Source of the DNA: Candidatus Nanopusillus sp.
GTDB taxonomy: Archaea; Nanobdellota; Nanobdellia; Nanobdellales; Nanobdellaceae
Length of the DNA stretch: 32,000 bases
Direction of reading: 5' to 3'
NCBI GenBank assembly: GCA_028275885.1
Contig: JAPWTW010000005.1
Location: 1-32,000, forward strand
Made by a program: the position numbers and the translations under genes. Numbering within the stretch: the first letter of the stretch is position 1; each line of letters starts with the position of its first letter. The notes under the pieces are model-generated. The model was not told the origin of the DNA. It did no database searches and was given only the letters and a program-made list of their open reading frames with translations. This document shows, in pieces, positions 30,732 to 32,000 of the stretch.

Positions 30732-32000
30732 TTATTCGTAATATATTCCTTTTTGTTTTTGTATAAGATCTAATCTACTATTTTGTTTATTAATTCTTGG
30801 CCTTTTTGTTTCTTCATCAGTTCTCATTGTTATATTCAATTGTTTTAGAAATATATTTAATCCCTCCTTATTTTCATATATACCCAAAGCTTTTCCATAT
30901 TTACCAGGTTCCCCTGCAAATACCAAAATTCTATCAGAAATCCAATTCAAAAATATTAAATCATGATCTACAACTAAACATGCTTTCCCCCTAATTTTTA
31001 TTATATCTCTTATAAATTTTGATAATAATAATCTTTGTTCTATATCAAGATCTGCAAACGGTTCATCTATTAAATATAAATCTGCATCTTTTATCAATGT
31101 ACCAAATGTATATACTGTTTGTAATTCTCCTCCAGATAATGTATTAACCTCTCTATCTAATAGATCAGAAATATTTAACATTGATAAATATTCTTTATAA
31201 TCTTCTTTATATTTTTCATTAAAACTTTTCAAAAATTGATCTACAGTTATATTATAATTAGAAAAATCATAAAATTGTGGTTTATATGATATTGTTAAAT
31301 TTTTTGATATATTTCCTTCATATTTTATTTCTCCGGCTAAAGCTTTTACAAAAGTGCTTTTTCCAATTCCATTCCTTCCAACTACTCCAATTATTTCATT
31401 TTCTCTTATAAATCCTTCATTTGCCTCAAGTCTAAAATTATCTAAATTTACTATAACATTTTCCCATTCAACAATTTTTTTTCCAAATTTTACATCTGTA
31501 TAACTTTTTACATCCAATCTTATTGGCTTATCTCTTATTTTTAAATTCTCCCTCTTTATAAACCCATCTAAATATTGATTTATACCTTCTTTTGCTCCAA
31601 CAGGATATGAAAAAGCACCATATGCTTTTTGTACCCCATAAACAATATGTATTATATCAGAAATTGAATCTAAAAATAATAAATCATGATCTATTATTAA
31701 TATTGTATCTTTTTCCTTTATTTCATTTAAATTATTTAATATTCTTAATCTTTCATATATATCTAAATAATTTGTAACCTCATCAATTAATAATAAATTA
31801 TGTTCCTTATATACTGAAAATATATATAATATTTTCTGAAATTCCCCACCAGATAAATCTCCAATTTTTCTATCCAATATATTTTCTATTTCAAATTTTT
31901 TTGATATTTCATCTAAATTATTTATAACTTTTGATAAAAATTCTCTAACTGTTTTATCCTTTAACATATTTTTTATTTTAGTAATATTTTGTGGTTTATA
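30732..32000 (-). CDS. abce1: ABCE1 (RNase L inhibitor homologue, ribosome-recycling ATPase), 5'-truncated by the window edge
   Basis: The track ORF starts at an internal Met just before the NBD1 signature LSGGEFQK and Walker B LLLIDEVTNYLD. I checked that the frame stays open from 31968 to 32000 (YKPQNITKIKN), so the FeS domain and the NBD1 Walker A lie off-window. The hinge, NBD2 Walker A GVVGRNGIGKST, LSGGELQ and LYLIDEPFADLD are present. Confidence 0.9.
   Translation of the reverse strand, partial: YKPQNITKIKNMLKDKTVREFLSKVINNLDEISKKFEIENILDRKIGDLSGGEFQKILYIFSVYKEHNLLLIDEVTNYLDIYERLRILNNLNEIKEKDTILIIDHDLLFLDSISDIIHIVYGVQKAYGAFSYPVGAKEGINQYLDGFIKRENLKIRDKPIRLDVKSYTDVKFGKKIVEWENVIVNLDNFRLEANEGFIRENEIIGVVGRNGIGKSTFVKALAGEIKYEGNISKNLTISYKPQFYDFSNYNITVDQFLKSFNEKYKEDYKEYLSMLNISDLLDREVNTLSGGELQTVYTFGTLIKDADLYLIDEPFADLDIEQRLLLSKFIRDIIKIRGKACLVVDHDLIFLNWISDRILVFAGEPGKYGKALGIYENKEGLNIFLKQLNITMRTDEETKRPRINKQNSRLDLIQKQKGIYYE

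Noticed and set aside
10023-31777. Remaining short antisense ORFs in the track (10023..10214, 10468..10668, 11973..12182, 12728..12931, 19360..19560, 20999..21229, 21944..22171, 22688..22870, 30797..30994, 31592..31777)
   Set aside because: Each lies entirely within, and antisense to, a CDS with strong family support. The products are Leu/Phe/Ile/Tyr low-complexity strings with no motifs.
1-32000. CRISPR arrays, IS elements or transposases, integrases, rRNA genes, and split tRNA half-genes
   Set aside because: I scanned for GC-rich islands and repeated units. The only GC-rich non-coding islands are the two complete tRNAs and the 19-nt hairpin at 3994-4012. There are no direct-repeat/spacer periodicity and no transposase- or integrase-like ORFs.

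Overview
Extremely AT-rich, tightly packed archaeal chromosome segment. Many neighbouring genes overlap by 1-4 nt. It is dominated by information-processing genes: ribosomal proteins L21e and S10, RpoF, fibrillarin/Nop5, ArgRS, IleRS, aIF-1A, aIF-2beta, EF-1alpha, MCM, TBP, proteasome beta, aCPSF1, topoisomerase IA and ABCE1. I support about 37 CDS and two GC-rich tRNA genes: tRNA-Trp(CCA), and an intron-containing tRNA-Ile with the rare UAU anticodon. Three CDS are small ORFs missing from the supplied track, and two CDS are cut by the window edges. I saw no rRNA, CRISPR array, transposase/integrase or long repeat. Four traits together point to a thermophilic, genome-reduced Nanoarchaeota/DPANN-like archaeon; this is an inference, not a database hit. 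The traits are tRNA-Ile(UAU), GC-rich tRNAs in an AT-rich genome, dispersal of normally conserved operons, and reduced gene sizes. The most interesting content is a set of tiny type-IV-pilin-like genes. One is translationally coupled to an 851-aa Asn/Tyr-rich, cysteine-paired surface protein, and an exported DsbA-like oxidoreductase lies elsewhere in the window. I read this as a candidate, uncharacterised cell-surface or host-attachment module. Other leads:
- an unlisted 44-aa acidic Trp-repeat ORF with its own well-placed TATA box;
- TATA boxes phase-locked at about -30..-23 from start codons, implying leaderless mRNAs, including two divergent gene pairs that each share one central TATA;
- a tRNA whose 5' end overlaps the aIF-1A stop codon;
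- an N-terminal-only NFACT protein;
- a transporter-methyltransferase fusion;
- a minimal GH1-like hydrolase coupled to topoisomerase IA;
- an apparent ~80-aa insertion in IleRS.
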